Assembly (NCBI RefSeq): GCF_036971445.1
Contig: NC_091475.1
Coordinates: 6,882,001 to 6,946,000, forward strand
Direction of reading: 5' to 3'
Length of the DNA stretch: 64,000 bases
DNA from: Narcine bancroftii
Lineage: Eukaryota
The notes below the pieces were generated by a model. The model made no database searches. It was not told the origin of the DNA and saw only the letters and a program-made list of their open reading frames with translations. Position numbers and translations under genes: made by a program. Shown piece after piece: positions 13,513 to 26,177 of this stretch (positions are counted from its first letter, which is position 1; the number at the start of each line of letters is the position of its first letter).

Positions 13513-14642
13513 TGACTGTGATGATGTACGCAGATGACGGAGAATCAAGGGGAAGAGTTGACAGGAATGCAAGAGGGGAAAAAAATGGGAGTACTTTCTG
13601 CATGTGCTTGGTGGTCAGTGCAGGGAAGGTAAACTGAAAGATTTTTCTGTGCTGTGTGATTCCACAACACGCTACGGGATTGGGAGGGAACCTGGATTTG
13701 AAAGAGAAGTTCAAATGTTGTAGGACAAGTGGCTTTGTAGGCTACTTCCATTGCTATTCCTGCTCTTATGTTAATTTGGTAATTAATTCAGAGATTATCA
13801 GAAAGTATTTTTAATACTTTAAATATCATTGTTCATGATTTCACTGTTAATGTTGATAGAGGTATACAGTTAATGTTGATCTTTGATGACACAATTTAAT
13901 TCATAGATTAAATTGCCATTTGGGGAAATATCACGACTTTGGCAAATGTAGAGCAAGAGCTCAATTGTTTTCATCCCAATGGTGACGGAACTAAAACTTA
14001 CAAATTGCACTTGCTTATTCTGGGTACAAGTAAAAAGAAATGATTACGTTTAATTACAACTAGCGTGGCGCTTGTTGAGTTGCATGTGTGGAAAGAAAAA
14101 CAAGCTTCACAGTTCAAGGGTCTTCGAATTGAAACATTATCACTCTATTTCTCCCTTCACAGATGCTGAGTGTTTCCAGCAAATTATTTTTAATTTTAGA
14201 TTTCCTGCATCAGCAGTTTTTGAATTTCTGTTGATTTCTTTCTGGAGTGGTTATCTTATTAAAGGGTGTTAACTGGCAATTTATTGGGCAGAATTTACAA
14301 AGGGGTTATTCTTTCTTCAGCATTCCACCTCATTTCTCCAGCTCTCCTTCTTCTGGCCCTTTCTCCTGCAAAGTTAAAACACCACCTCTTTCACCCTTCT
14401 TCCTAAAAATTCTTTCTGGATGAAACAGCGACTACATAGAACATTATAGCACAGAACAGACCCCTTCAGCCCTTCTAGTCTGTGCCGAACCATTCTTCTG
14501 CCTTGTCCCACTGGCCTGCACTCCATCTATAGCCCTCCATACCTCTCCCATCCATGATCCTGTCCAAATTCACGTATTTTTCCAACTTTTGCCAACCTGA
14601 CTTCCCACAGAGAGGAGACTCAACAGTGAAGGGTGATCAGTT

Positions 14643-15070
14643 TGCTGAATATCTTCACTTAATTTGCTCCTGTGACCATGAGCTTCTTTGACTTGGTACT
14701 CTAATTCACTACCTCACCTCCACTGTGACCTCAGTCTCGGGTGCTGAAGCCCAAAAACAAGTATGCAGCTTTAATAATAAATTTATCAAATTTAAATCTT
14801 AATCCAGGCAACTGTTAAAGAAGGGGTATAAACTGGTGTTCTTGGGAAATCCTAGGTGCTGAATATCTTCACTTAATTTGCTCCTGTGACCATGAGCTTC
14901 TTTGACTTGGTACTCTAATTCACTACCTCACCTCCACTGTGACCTCAGTCTCGGGTGCTGAAGCCCAAAAACAAGTATGCAGCTTTAATAATAAATTTAT
15001 CAAATTTAAATCTTAATCCAGGCAACTGTTAAAGAAGGGGTATAAACTGGTGTTCTTGGGAAATCCTAGG
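14643..15070. repeat. 214-bp direct tandem duplication
   Basis: 14643-14856 repeated at 14857-15070. Confidence 0.95.
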
Positions 15071-15429
15071 TGGCAGAGAGATCCAGTTTCCTGAGATCTT
15101 CATCCAAATGTTTCTGTTATCGAGGGCCACATGATTTTCTTTACTTTGTCTCGCCTCTATTGATTTCCTCCTATTGACAAATCGCCTGGGCCATATTATC
15201 ATTTTCTACTTGACTCTTATCGCCTCCTTTATCTTACCCTTTATCACTTTTCTTATAGGGCTCTGGTACTTTCTATGCACAAGCTACTCTAATTTTGGCT
15301 CATGGACGTTGACTTTATTCACCCCTCTATTCGCCTAATGCCGAATCTTTAAATTGGAAATGTCCCAAGGATTCTTGGAGATGCTTGTCCATTCTGTGAG
15401 TCCGTGTATCTTGAAGAGCCAAAATCTTC

Positions 15430-15755
15430 CAGTGAGCAGCGGAGTTCCGCTTCAAGGGACTGCCGAGTATCCCAGTCGATGTTGCCTTTCCTGGTGCGGT
15501 GACGCGATTGGGTGAAATCCAGGAAGCTCCGCCCGCGCGGCAATTTTCACTTTGCTACATTGGTATAAGAGGACAGAGAGGTTCAGCGACGCGGATGGCG
15601 AGGCAGTACCAACAGGGGCATGGATGGCAGACGCTGAAACTTATCGAAGGACAGTTTGCACCCCCTCCTTTCTGCTTGACTAAAACCCTCAACTTGAATC
15701 GGGAGGGTTTACATTTTTTTTTGAAAAGTCAGTCGTTGATTTTTGAGTTTGACCA
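15430..15755 (+). promoter_or_regulatory. CpG-rich promoter/5'UTR of the Cut8-like gene
   Basis: ATTGG (CCAAT) x2, CAGGAAG (ETS), CTCCGCCC (GC box), TATAAG ~15564. Confidence 0.55.
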
Positions 15756-15822
15756 ATGTCTCCTGCAGAAAACCTGAGGCAAGTGCTGGTGGAAATTCCT
15801 AACCCGCAGCCCAAGGTTGCCG
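15756..15822 (+). CDS. cut8: Cut8/Sts1-family nuclear proteasome tether homolog, coding exon 1 (MSPAENLRQVLVEIPNPQPKVA)
   Basis: ATG 15756 with in-frame TGA at 15750; donor CCG|gtgagt; 67 nt, phase 1; lies behind a CpG-rich promoter. Confidence 0.7.
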
Positions 15823-16524
15823 GTGAGTCTAAGCCCTGATCAGAACAAAAAAAATAGACGAGGCGATGGGGGGGAGAACTCTTGTTAATTGAGTTTAATG
15901 CACGAGTTTTTATGGATTTTGAATATTACGCTTGTTAAGTTGTCCATTTCTCTTATTGTTCTAAAGAAATTCTTCGTTTATATATAAGAAAAGAACTTCT
16001 GCGATATTTGGCGGGTAGATGAGAACGCTGCCTTCATTCTGCTTGTTTATCTGAAATTATTTCCGCTTAATTGTGTAACCTGACACACGAGCTATTGTAA
16101 CTTCCCATGATTTACATTTAAAATGCTAAACAATTAAGCTGAAACAATTTGAGGCTGGGCTGACCATTATTTCTAGTAATGGAAGGCGTGCCAAATGAGT
16201 CCATTGATGAGTGACCTTCCTTATTTACACACTATTGATTTGAAAATTTAAATCTCGTGGTTTGGATGGGATGGTCACTAAAATAGATGTTGGGAGAATG
16301 GAATACTTTTGGAAATTGTGACCAGATTGTTGGGCACCAGGAAAACATGAGCCAGGGTGAAATTCTTTCTCTGTTCATCATGGGGGCCCCACTAAACTTT
16401 TTTTAAAGAAAAAGCCATTCTTCTTGTTTGGCTGTTATTTTTTTTTAAAGCTGTAAAATAATAATCGTGTAAGGTCCTTTTGGCTTGAGCACACCATATT
16501 CAGATGGTGCAAACATCTCTAGTT

Positions 16525-17520
16525 AGAACCGTAGAAGACTGCAGCACAAAAAACAGGCCCTTCTATTCCTTGCCCATTTCTTTTCCTAGTCCTCTCGACC
16601 TCTAACCCTCCATACCCATCCTATCCAAATTTGAATTAAATATTGAAATCGAACCTGCATCCACCACTGCCACTGGCAGCTCCCCCTCCTCTGAGTGAAG
16701 TTCCCTCAAGTGATCCCCTTTTGCCCTTTACTCGTGTCCTGTTGTTCTTGTCTTACCCAGTCTCAGTGGAAAATGCCTTTTTGCATTTACCCTATGTATA
16801 ACTTCTCATAACTTTGTATACCTCTATCAATTACCCCCCCTCCACCATGTCTCTCACACTCCAGGGAATAGTTCTCTCCCTTTCAACTTTTCTAAATAAC
16901 TCTGCTTCTCAAGTCTCGACAACATCCTTGTAAATGTTCTCTGCACTCTTTCAAGATATCTTTCCTGTAGGTAGGTGACTAAAACTGCACTCAATATTCC
17001 AAATTTGGCCTCACCAATGTCTTGTATAACTTCAAAATAACATTTAACACCTGTACTCGAGGCTTCATATTTATGAAAGCCAATACGCCAAAACCTCACT
17101 ATGACCCTGTCGGCCTGTGATGCCACTTTCAAGGAATTGTATATCTGTATTCCCAGATGCCTCTGTTCTTCCACACTCCATTGTGCCCTGCTATTTACCA
17201 TGCAAATCGTTCCTTGGTTCGTCCTCACTAAATGCAACAGTTCACACTTCTCCGCATTAAATTCCAGCTGCCATTTTGCAGCTTGTTCTGTCAACTGCAG
17301 ATCCCGCTGCATGTTTTAAAAGGTTTCCTCTCTGTCAACTATACCCCCAATCTCGATGCCACTTGCGAATTTGCTGATCCAATTTTGTCCACGTAACGGA
17401 CTTGTCTGGCAAAGAGACCATCTGCCGCGTCACTGGTGATCCTGGATATAGATGACAAACAACTGATGTGAGGCACACTGCAAAGCCAATGTCTAATCCA
17501 ATTTACTACCTCAAGAAGTT
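16525..17520 (-). mobile_element. degenerate CR1 LINE (RT C-terminus and 3' end)
   Basis: ORF 16854-17312: KWQLEFNAEKC, LERVQRTFTRML. Confidence 0.85.
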
Positions 17521-17640
17521 TTCTATCCAACTGCTATCATGCTCTGAGTCTCCTGTACTATCCTGTACTGACACAGCATTCTTTTGCACTATGGGCCAAC
17601 AGTGAATGCTTTTTATTTATTTCTCATCTGTTAATTGAAT

Positions 17641-18381
17641 GAGATAGACAACAGACTCGCCAAGGCAAATAGCGCCTTTGGAAGACTACACAAAAGAGTC
17701 TGGAAAAACAACCAACTGAAAAACCTCACAAAGATTAGCGTATACAGAGCCGTTGTCATACCCACACTCCTGTTTGGCTCCGAATCATGGGTCCTCTACC
17801 GGCATCACCTACGGCTCCTAGAACGCTTCCACCAGCATTGTCTCCGCTCCATCCTCAACATCCATTGGAGCGCTTTCATCCCTAACGTCGAAGTTATCGA
17901 GATGGCAGAGGTCGACAGCATCGAGTCCACGCTGCTGAAGATCCAGCTGCGCTGGGTGGGTCACGTCTCCAGAATGGAGGACCATCGCCTTCCCAAGATC
18001 GTGTTTTATGGCGAGCTCTCCACTGGCCACCGTGACAGAGGTGCACCAAAGAAAAGGTACAAGGACTGCCTAAAGAAATCTCTTGGTGCCTGCCACATTG
18101 ACCACCGCCAGTGGGCTGATATCGCCTCAAACCGTGCATCTTGGCGCCTCACAGTTTGGCGGGCAGCAACCTCCTTTGAAGAAGACCGCAGAGCCCACCT
18201 CACTGACAAAAGGCAAAGGAGGAAAAACCCAACACCCAACCCCAACCAACCAATTTTCCCCTGCAGCCGCTGCAACCGTGTCTGCCTGTCCCGCATCGGA
18301 CTTGTCAGCCACAAACGAGCCTGCAGCTGACGTGGACTTTTACCCCCTCCATAAATCTTCGTCCGCGAAGCCAAGCCAAAG
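17641..18381 (+). mobile_element. 5'-truncated RTE-clade LINE, intact C-terminal ORF
   Basis: ORF 17635-18330: AFGRL, LLFGSESW, QLRWVGHVSRM, terminal CxxC...HxxxC; TSD aattgaat 17633-17640/18382-18389. Confidence 0.93.
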
Positions 18382-18798
18382 AATTGAATTTGTTGTTGGT
18401 GTACTTATTTATGTACCTGGGAAGCTGCGACAAGCAAGACTTTAATTTCACTGTACATTATACTTGATGAGATGACAATAAATTCTTAGTCATTTGTTGT
18501 ATTTTTGTAAAAGAATGAAGCTTAATTCTAACCTTAAAAGTTGCCACGATATTATTTCTTTGCAACTTATTGGGTTTCAATGTTTTTACAATTTGAAATT
18601 TTTAAAGTTTTTGTTCAATTTTTAAGGAGAAGAAGAAATATTGGAACTTTTTACAAGAAAAATGTTCACACTCTTCCAAAATGCAAGTGCTTGTCGCTCC
18701 ATGGTCAAAGGAACAACTCCGTAGTTGTGGCCTTTGAACTGGTAGGAAAATAGCACAAGGTCCTGTCACGAATTTAATTTAATTTTTTGTCTCTTTAG

Positions 18799-18915
18799 TC
18801 CATCTTCGTAGGTCCTATGAAGAAATTCTGAATTCCACAAGGGCACAAACAAGGTTAATGGCACTTCAAGCCAATGTTCCTCCAGCATATTTTCTAAGAA
18901 AAGAGAGCCACTCAG
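18799..18915 (+). CDS. cut8: Cut8/Sts1-family homolog, exon 2 (VHLRRSYEEILNSTRAQTRLMALQANVPPAYFLRKESHS)
   Basis: ttttttgtctctttag acceptor, CAG|gtgatt donor, 117 nt open in phase 1-1; least homology support of the six exons. Confidence 0.6.
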
Positions 18916-19584
18916 GTGATTGCTTGATTCAATATGTGAATGTTCTGTCAGGTGTTCACTAGTCTTTTGTAGAAATGCAGATTAAAAAGTGTCGGGCTGT
19001 TCTCTTTCCTTTTTTTTTTTTGCTTTTTGTCATGAGGTGCAGAAAAGGGCATTGTACAAACCTGTGAGTTCAGAGTCCAAGTGGACCACTTAATCCCTCA
19101 TCCCTCTTTTGCCTTTTTATCAGATCATGGGTGATCTGTTTATAATGCTACTTGGTCATTTTATTCTGCCTTTAGTTACTTTGTATTAACAGACCTTGTT
19201 CATAACAATCTTCTATTAGTTTAATTCTTTTATCAGACTACATTTTCAAAAATGTAAATGCATCAAGCTATCTGGTGATATTCTTTCCCCCCCCCCCCCC
19301 AACCCCTGACCCAATTTCACCATCTAACTTACTGAAGCATTTACTAGATATCTGGGGTATCTTTAATTCCTGACATCAATCATGAATTCCATTATACGGA
19401 AAAGCCTTAGCTGACTTTTCTCCAATTCTGTATTAATCCATGTCAGACTGGTTTCATCTTTTTTATAAAAAAAAAAGCTGTAATAAAATTCATTTGAGCT
19501 GCTCAATAATAATTGTAAAAATTTGATAGTTGCAATTCATATTTCCATGTTAATTTCTGGAAGCATAATCAAAGATGAAAGTAC

Positions 19585-22500
19585 AGAATTATGGTGGAGG
19601 AAGTTTAGGGACCACTTGTGCTGTGTTCAGGATAGGTTTGTCTCATTGGGACAATGAAAAGATGGTAGGTAAAGGAAACCGTGGCTGGTGAAACTAGTCA
19701 AGAAGAAGTGTATATTAGATATAAGAAACCGGAAGGGCTCAAGAGAAGTATATGATAGCCAAGAAGAAGCTTTAGGAAGGACATGAGAGACCTTGGCATC
19801 AGAATTTATTGTCATAAACAAGTCATGAAATTTGGCATGTAGGTTTAAGGAGAACCCCCAAGGTGTTCTGTTTGTATGTGAAGAACCGAGAATCAAGTTG
19901 GGGCTGCTAAATGATAAAGGAGGCAACCTGTGCCTGGAGGCAGTGGAGGATGGGGATGTCCTAAATGAATATTTTGCTTCAGTATTCACAAGAGAAAAGG
20001 ACCTTGATCAGGGTGAGGTCGGAATAGACAGGCTTAGGTGCTGGACAATGTGGAGATTAAGGAAGAGGAAGTGTTGGATTTTCTTAAAAACTTCAAGATG
20101 GATAAGTCCCCAGGGAAGGATGCAATATACCCCAGGTTGCTGTGAGAAGTGAGAGAAGAGATAGGTGAAGCAGTAGCTATGATCTTTGAGTCCTCTTTGG
20201 CCACAGAGGAGATGCCAGAGGATTGGAAAATGGTAAATGGAGATGCCAGAGGATTGGAAAATGGTAAATGTAGTCCCTTTTTTTAAATAAAAAGTTAATA
20301 GGGAGAATCCTTGTGCAAACTAATGGAGAGGATTCTTGAGGATAGAATCTGTGAGCATTTGGAGAAGTACAGTCTGCTCCAGGATAGTCAGTGGGGCTTT
20401 GTGAAGGGAAGGTCTTGCCTCACAAGCCTAATTGGGGTATTTGAGGAGGTAACAAAAGAAATTGATGGTGGTCTACATGGATTTTAATGGCATTTTACAA
20501 GGTCTCCCATGAGAGACTCATCCATAAAGTCATGAATCACAGGGTCACTGCAACCTTAGCTGTGTGGGTTTAAAAAAACAAAAAATTGGCTTGAAGGAAG
20601 AAAGCAGAGAGTAGTAGTGGAAGGAAAGGATTCTTCATGGAGGTCGGTGACCAGTAGAGGGCTACAAGGATTTGTTCTGGAACCCCTAGCCTGGATGAAG
20701 AGGCTGAAGGATGGGTCCGTTAGTTTGCATATGACAAAGATTGGAGGAGTTAAAATTCAGTTTACCAGAGAAGTATATTAATTGGATTAAAGCATTATAT
20801 AAGGGACCATTGGCGAAAGTGACAGTAAATGGATATGTATCAAAGCAATTTAACTTAAGCAGGTCAACACGGCAGGGATGCCCACTATCACCTTTATTGT
20901 TCGCGTTAGCTATAGAGCCACTAGCAGAATTGATAAGAACAGAAAATAATATGAAAGGGATAAAAATAAAAGACAAGGAATATAAAATCAGTTTATTTGC
21001 GGATGATGTTATAGTATACTTAACAGAACCAGAACTATCAATAAAAGAATTATATAAGAAATTGAAGGAATATGGAGAAGTGTCGGGTTACAAGATCAAC
21101 GTAAATAAAAGTGAAGCAATGCCTATGAATAATGCGGATTTCTCAAAATTTAAGAAGGAATCACCATTTAGATGGCAAATGCAAGCAATAAGATACCTAG
21201 GTGTACAAAAAATAAAAATCTCTGCCAACTATATAAACTCAATTATTATCCACTAATGAAAAAATTACAGGACGATTTAGAGCATTGGAAAGATTTACCA
21301 CTAACACTAATAGGAAGGATAAACTGTATTAAAATGAACATTTTTCCAAGGATATTATACCTATTTCAGGCATTGCCAATACACCTGACAGAGAAATTCT
21401 TCAAGGAGTTAAAGAAAATAATAAGGAAATTTTTATGGAAAGGGTCGAAACCGAGAATAGCACTAGATAAATTAACAGAATGGTATAAACAAGGAGGCTT
21501 ACAACTGCCAAACTTTAAAAATTATTATAGAGCCGCACAATTAAGATACCTATCAGATTTTTATCAAACAAGGGAAAAGCCAGATTGGACCAGATTAGAA
21601 TTAGATAAAATAGGTGAAAGATACCTGAACACATTATATAAATGGGATGAAAAATTGGTACAACATAGAAGTTCTCCAGTATTACATCATCTACTCAATA
21701 TTTGGAAGAAGATTCATGTAGAAAGAAATAAAACAAATTATCAATTACCAAAACTAATATTGACGCAAAACAAGTTACTCCCTTTTACAATAGATAACCT
21801 TTCCTTTAGAGAATGGGAGAAAAAAGGGATTAAAAGAATAGAAAATTGTTTTTCAGGAAATAGATTATTATCCTTTGAACAAATGAAAGATAAATACAAT
21901 ATAACTCAAGATACTGCACTGGCATATTACCAATTGAGATCCTACTTGAAGGACAAATTAGGAAGCAGTCTGAGTTTACCAGAGGGAAGTAACTTTGAAT
22001 ATGTGATTACAGATACAATGATAATCATAACAAATATGTATATTAAACTGCAAGAAAAGGAGAATGAGGAAACAAATGGTAAAACTAAACAAAAATGGGA
22101 ACAAGATTTAAATATAAAGATAAAAAAGGAAACATGGGAGAAGTTATGTTCTGGAACGATGAGAAATACAATAAATACGAGGTTACGTATGATACAATAT
22201 AACTGGATACACAGGCTATACATTACACCTCAAAAGTTAAATAAATGGGACCCAACAGTATCTGATAGATGTTTTTGATGTTTTAAAAAAAAAAAAAAAA
22301 GAAATGGGAACAACAATTCATGCAATCTGGACATGTGAGAAAGTAGAAAAATTTTGGGAAGATCTAAACCAAATATTAAATAAAATTACAGAAAACAATA
22401 TACCAAAGAATCCAGAGATCTTCCTCCTAAGTAACATAAAAAACAAAGAATTTGGAATTGATTTGGAGGATGCACAAAAAAAGATTTGTTAAGATAGCTC

Positions 22501-23438
22501 TAGCCGTAGCAAAAAAAATGTATTATGTCAACCTGGAAATCGGAAGATAATTTGAAAATACAACAATGGTATATAGAAATGAATAAATGTATTCCATTAG
22601 AAAAAATAACATATAGTTTAAGAATTAATATTGAAATATTTGAACAAATATGGGAGCCTACATGAAACACAATAGCGAAAACCTACCGGGGACATTCACT
22701 ACCTAAATTAACAAAAGGAGAAGGAAATGAAAAGAATTGACTCAGTGGAATTTCTTGTTTATTTTTATTGAATGACAACATTGTTTGACTGGTTTAATGT
22801 ATCCTAGATTTTGTACTTTAAATGGACGGGAGGGGGGAGGTAGGGAGGGTGGGATGGGAGGAGGAGGGGGGGAGAAAATGGCACTATATATTTGAAAAGG
22901 AAAAAGTATGTATCATGGTTAATGTGGTTTATGGTGTGAAAAATAAAAAATTATATAAAAAAAAAATTGGAGGAGTTGTGGATGGAGCTGAAGGTTGTCG
23001 AAGGTTACAAGAGGATGTCGACAGGATGCAGAAATGGGCAGGAAAGTGGCAGATTGAGTTCAATCCGGATGTGTGAGGTAATGCATTTTGGAAGGAAAAA
23101 CCAGAAGGCTGAGTAGAGGGTTAATGGTCAGTTACTTAAGAGCGTGGATGAACAGAAGGACATTGAGGTTAAAATCCATACATCCCTCAAGGTTGCCGCA
23201 CAGGTTGATAAGATGGTTCAGAAGGTCTGTGGGATCCTGGGCTTCATTAGGGTGATAGTGTTCAGTTGAGGGGTCATGTAACAACTCTACAAATCTCTGG
23301 TAAGACAGCAGATTGTGTTCAGTTCTGGTCACCTCATTATAGGAAGGATGTGGATGCTAATGGAGAGGGTGCAGAGGAGATTTATGAAGCTGTTACCTGG
23401 ATTGGAAAACCAGTCTTGTGAGGCAAGTTTAGCAGAGC
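19585..23438 (+). mobile_element. degenerate CR1 LINE ORF2, interrupted by an L1
   Basis: VLNEYFASVFTRE (19832 ORF), LQEDVDRMQKWAGKWQIEFNP, MERVQRRF; sequence resumes after the L1 TSD. Confidence 0.88.
20752..22965 (+). mobile_element. 5'-truncated L1/Tx1-clade LINE (RT and C-terminus)
   Basis: RQGCPLSPLLF, LFADD, GGLQLPNF; poly(A) tail; TSD attggaggagtt 20740-20751/22966-22977. Confidence 0.95.
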
Positions 23439-23439
23439 A

Positions 23440-24990
23440 GGTATTCCACCTCCTACAACCACAGGGGAAGGTTCTGGGGGGGGGGGTGATGGGTGGGGAG
23501 GGAAGAGTACACAAGGGAGTCACGGAGGAAGCGGTCCCTGCGGAAGGGTAAGAGGGGAGAAGGAAAAATGTGTTTGGTGGTGAGGTCCTGGAAATTCATT
23601 CTGGCGGATAACATGTTGGATAGTGGGTTGGTACGTGAGGACGAGGGGGGTTCTGTGTTTATTGGGGCTAGGGCAGATGAGAGGGAAATGGAGGAGATGT
23701 GGTGAGAGTGAATTAATAGGGTGGAGGGGAAGCCAAGTTTGTGGAAGAAGGCAGACATTTCAGAAGCTCTGGACTGGAAGACCTCATCTTGGGAGCAGAT
23801 GCGGCGGAGACAGAGAAATTGAGAGAAGTGCAGGGAACAGGGTGTGAGGAGGTGCAGTCCAGGTGGTTGTGGGAGGTAGAGTTTGTAATAAATGTCAGAG
23901 GAGAGTCTGTTTCCTGAGATGGAGACTGAGAGATCCAGAAAAGGGAGAGAGTCATCAGAGATGGACCAGGTGAGTTTGAGGTCAAGGTGGAAATTGGCTG
24001 CGAAAGGGTGAGGACAAGTTTTGCCAGGCAAATAAGGGTGGTGGTGGGAGGTGACTGCTCAGGTCTGAGGTCCAGGAAAAAGCCAAGTGCTTTGAGGCAG
24101 GCCTTCTGTGTGGAGAATGGAAGTGTAAAGGGATTGGATATCCATCGTGAAGATGAGGTGGTCCGGTTCAGAGAATCTGAAGTCTTGTTGGAGGGTGTGA
24201 AGTGTGGATATGGGTGAGGAGAGATTGAACTAGAGGAGAAAAGATGGAGTCGAGGTAGGATGAAATTGGTTCCTTGGAGCAAGCAGAGACATTGGGCCTG
24301 CCTGGATAGTTAGGCTCGTGTATCTTGGGTAGAAGGCAGAACTGGGCGGTCCGAGGATGGGAGACAATGAGGCTGGTGGCTGTGGAGGGGGGAGGTGCCC
24401 AGAGTTGATGAGGTGAGAGATGGTGTTGGAGACGGTGGCTTGATGGTTGATGGTGGGGTCCTGTGGGGGGGGGTTGATAGGAGGTGTCTGAGAGCTGGTC
24501 GAGGTCAGTGCTCCAGACTACAATAGCACCACCTTTGAAGGATTGATAGTGAGGTTAGGGTACTTGCAGAGAGAGTTGAGGGCTGAGTGTTCTAAGGAGG
24601 TGAGGTTGGAGTAGGAGAGGAGAGTAGTGAAGTTGAGGCGGTTGATGTCCCAGTGGCAGTTGGAGATTAAAAAGGCCCAGAGCTGGCAGGAGGAGATGGC
24701 CAGATGAAGGAAGAGGTGTTGAAGAGGGGGGGTGTTGGAGAGTTGCGGCCAAAGTAGTGAGCCTGGAGACGGAGACAACGGAAGAAGAGTTTAGCATCTT
24801 TTTTCAATCCCAATTTCCTGTGGTGTTTTTCAACCCCCACCTATCATCTCTCGCCCTCACCACCGGACATCTCGTGTTACCCCACACCTTGATGAAGGAC
24901 TCAAGCCTGAAACGTTGGTGATGTATTTTTATCTTTGCTACATAAAGGCACTGTTTGACCATTTGAGATTCATCAGCATTTGTGTACGTA
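23440..24990 (-). mobile_element. Penelope-like retroelement fragment with inverted 5' pseudo-LTR
   Basis: TWSISDDSLPFLDLSVSI...DIYYK and SSHP motifs; pLTR-like segment ~24830-24990 on the opposite strand. Confidence 0.8.
24885..24920 (+). ncRNA. minimal type I hammerhead ribozyme-like motif (C3U variant)
   Basis: CACC-TTGATGA-AGG(actcaag)CCT-GAAACGTT-GGTG. Confidence 0.55.
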
Positions 24991-25069
24991 ATGTTTGTGC
25001 GTTCAGGAAAGTTCTTTTTCCGCTGTCCAATCATTCACTTTTCACTTCTCCAAGTTCATTGGTATCGTA

Positions 25070-25680
25070 CAATCTTCCACACTGCACAGAATTAAACATT
25101 TATGATCTTCACTTGGCTCTGGTGCTTTAACTTATTACAGCTCAGGAAGATCTTTGTTGGTTTCAGAGAGATGTTCATTGGACACGCACAAACTGATCTT
25201 CAAGCAGCCACCCTCTTGGGTTTTTCCAAAAGATGACCCCTCCTTCCAGGTTGCCACAAAGAGTTCTTCTTTTTCCCCCACTTCAGGAGAAACATATTAA
25301 CCAGCCACAGCCTCTACAATTGACCACAGAGATTTAGAATAGGCAGAACTCGAAATCCAATCTGAAACGGGGTCTTCATCACCAACCTGCTGCTGAATCT
25401 CCCCCAAAGAATGAATCTTTTCTCTCTGTTTGCATGACCCCTCTTCTGGCACCAGTCTTAATAGCAAAAGATTTTCAGTTTTTGAGCCTGGGCCTTGTCC
25501 AAAAGTGCTGATCCATTAACACCTACTTGTAAAACTCTTTGCATGTACTCTCTCATTGTCTCAGCAAGGCCAATTGGAGACATGCACTTGAGATGTTTGT
25601 GAAATGTGATCTAACAACTAAATCTCACGATCTTACCGCTGTTAAGATGTATTTTATCATAATTAACCCACTCTGTAACA
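25070..25680 (-). mobile_element. partial solo LTR (family of 34042-35236)
   Basis: reverse-complement similarity to 34470-34760; terminus TGTTACAG at 25680. Confidence 0.6.
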
Positions 25681-25878
25681 CAGATGTGACCTCTACCTCA
25701 GTAGTTTCATATTTTGAATGAAAGGTGGCTATTTTATGGTGATTACTTCAGGGATGCTGTTTGCAGACAAATATGCACACTTGAGTTGCATTAAAGTAAA
25801 AATCCTTCTGTAATGTGAAAGTTACCACTTAATGGAAGTAATTTCATGAAATAACCAACAAAATTTGTTACTTTATAG

Positions 25879-26009
25879 GATTACCTTTCAAGAAACGGCG
25901 ACTGCATTTAAAGCCAGCTGTAAAGATAGAAGTCAAACTGAATGACCTACTATCTTCTCAGTTAGTGGAGACCCTCTTATTGCACAGATATCCAGCAATT
26001 GATGATGAG
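25879..26009 (+). CDS. cut8: Cut8/Sts1-family homolog, exon 3 (GLPFKKRRLHLKPAVKIEVKLNDLLSSQLVETLLLHRYPAIDDE)
   Basis: ctttatag acceptor, GAG|gtatga donor, 131 nt phase 1-0; KKRR NLS-like motif. Confidence 0.78.
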
Positions 26010-26177
26010 GTATGACATTAACTTGACACACCACAATTTTTATACTTGAAATGGACCATGTATGGACCAATTTTCCTGTAATCTGCAATAAAAGGCTTGA
26101 ATATGCACTTGACTTGGACTATCCAGTACAGAATTGTATTAAATCCAGTGCTTTTTTTTTTTTGTTGCTTCAAACAG

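Noticed and set aside
20209-20270. 31-bp tandem duplication in CR1, and a ~50-bp-period duplication at 54791-54876
   Set aside because: Ordinary slippage events with no sign of function
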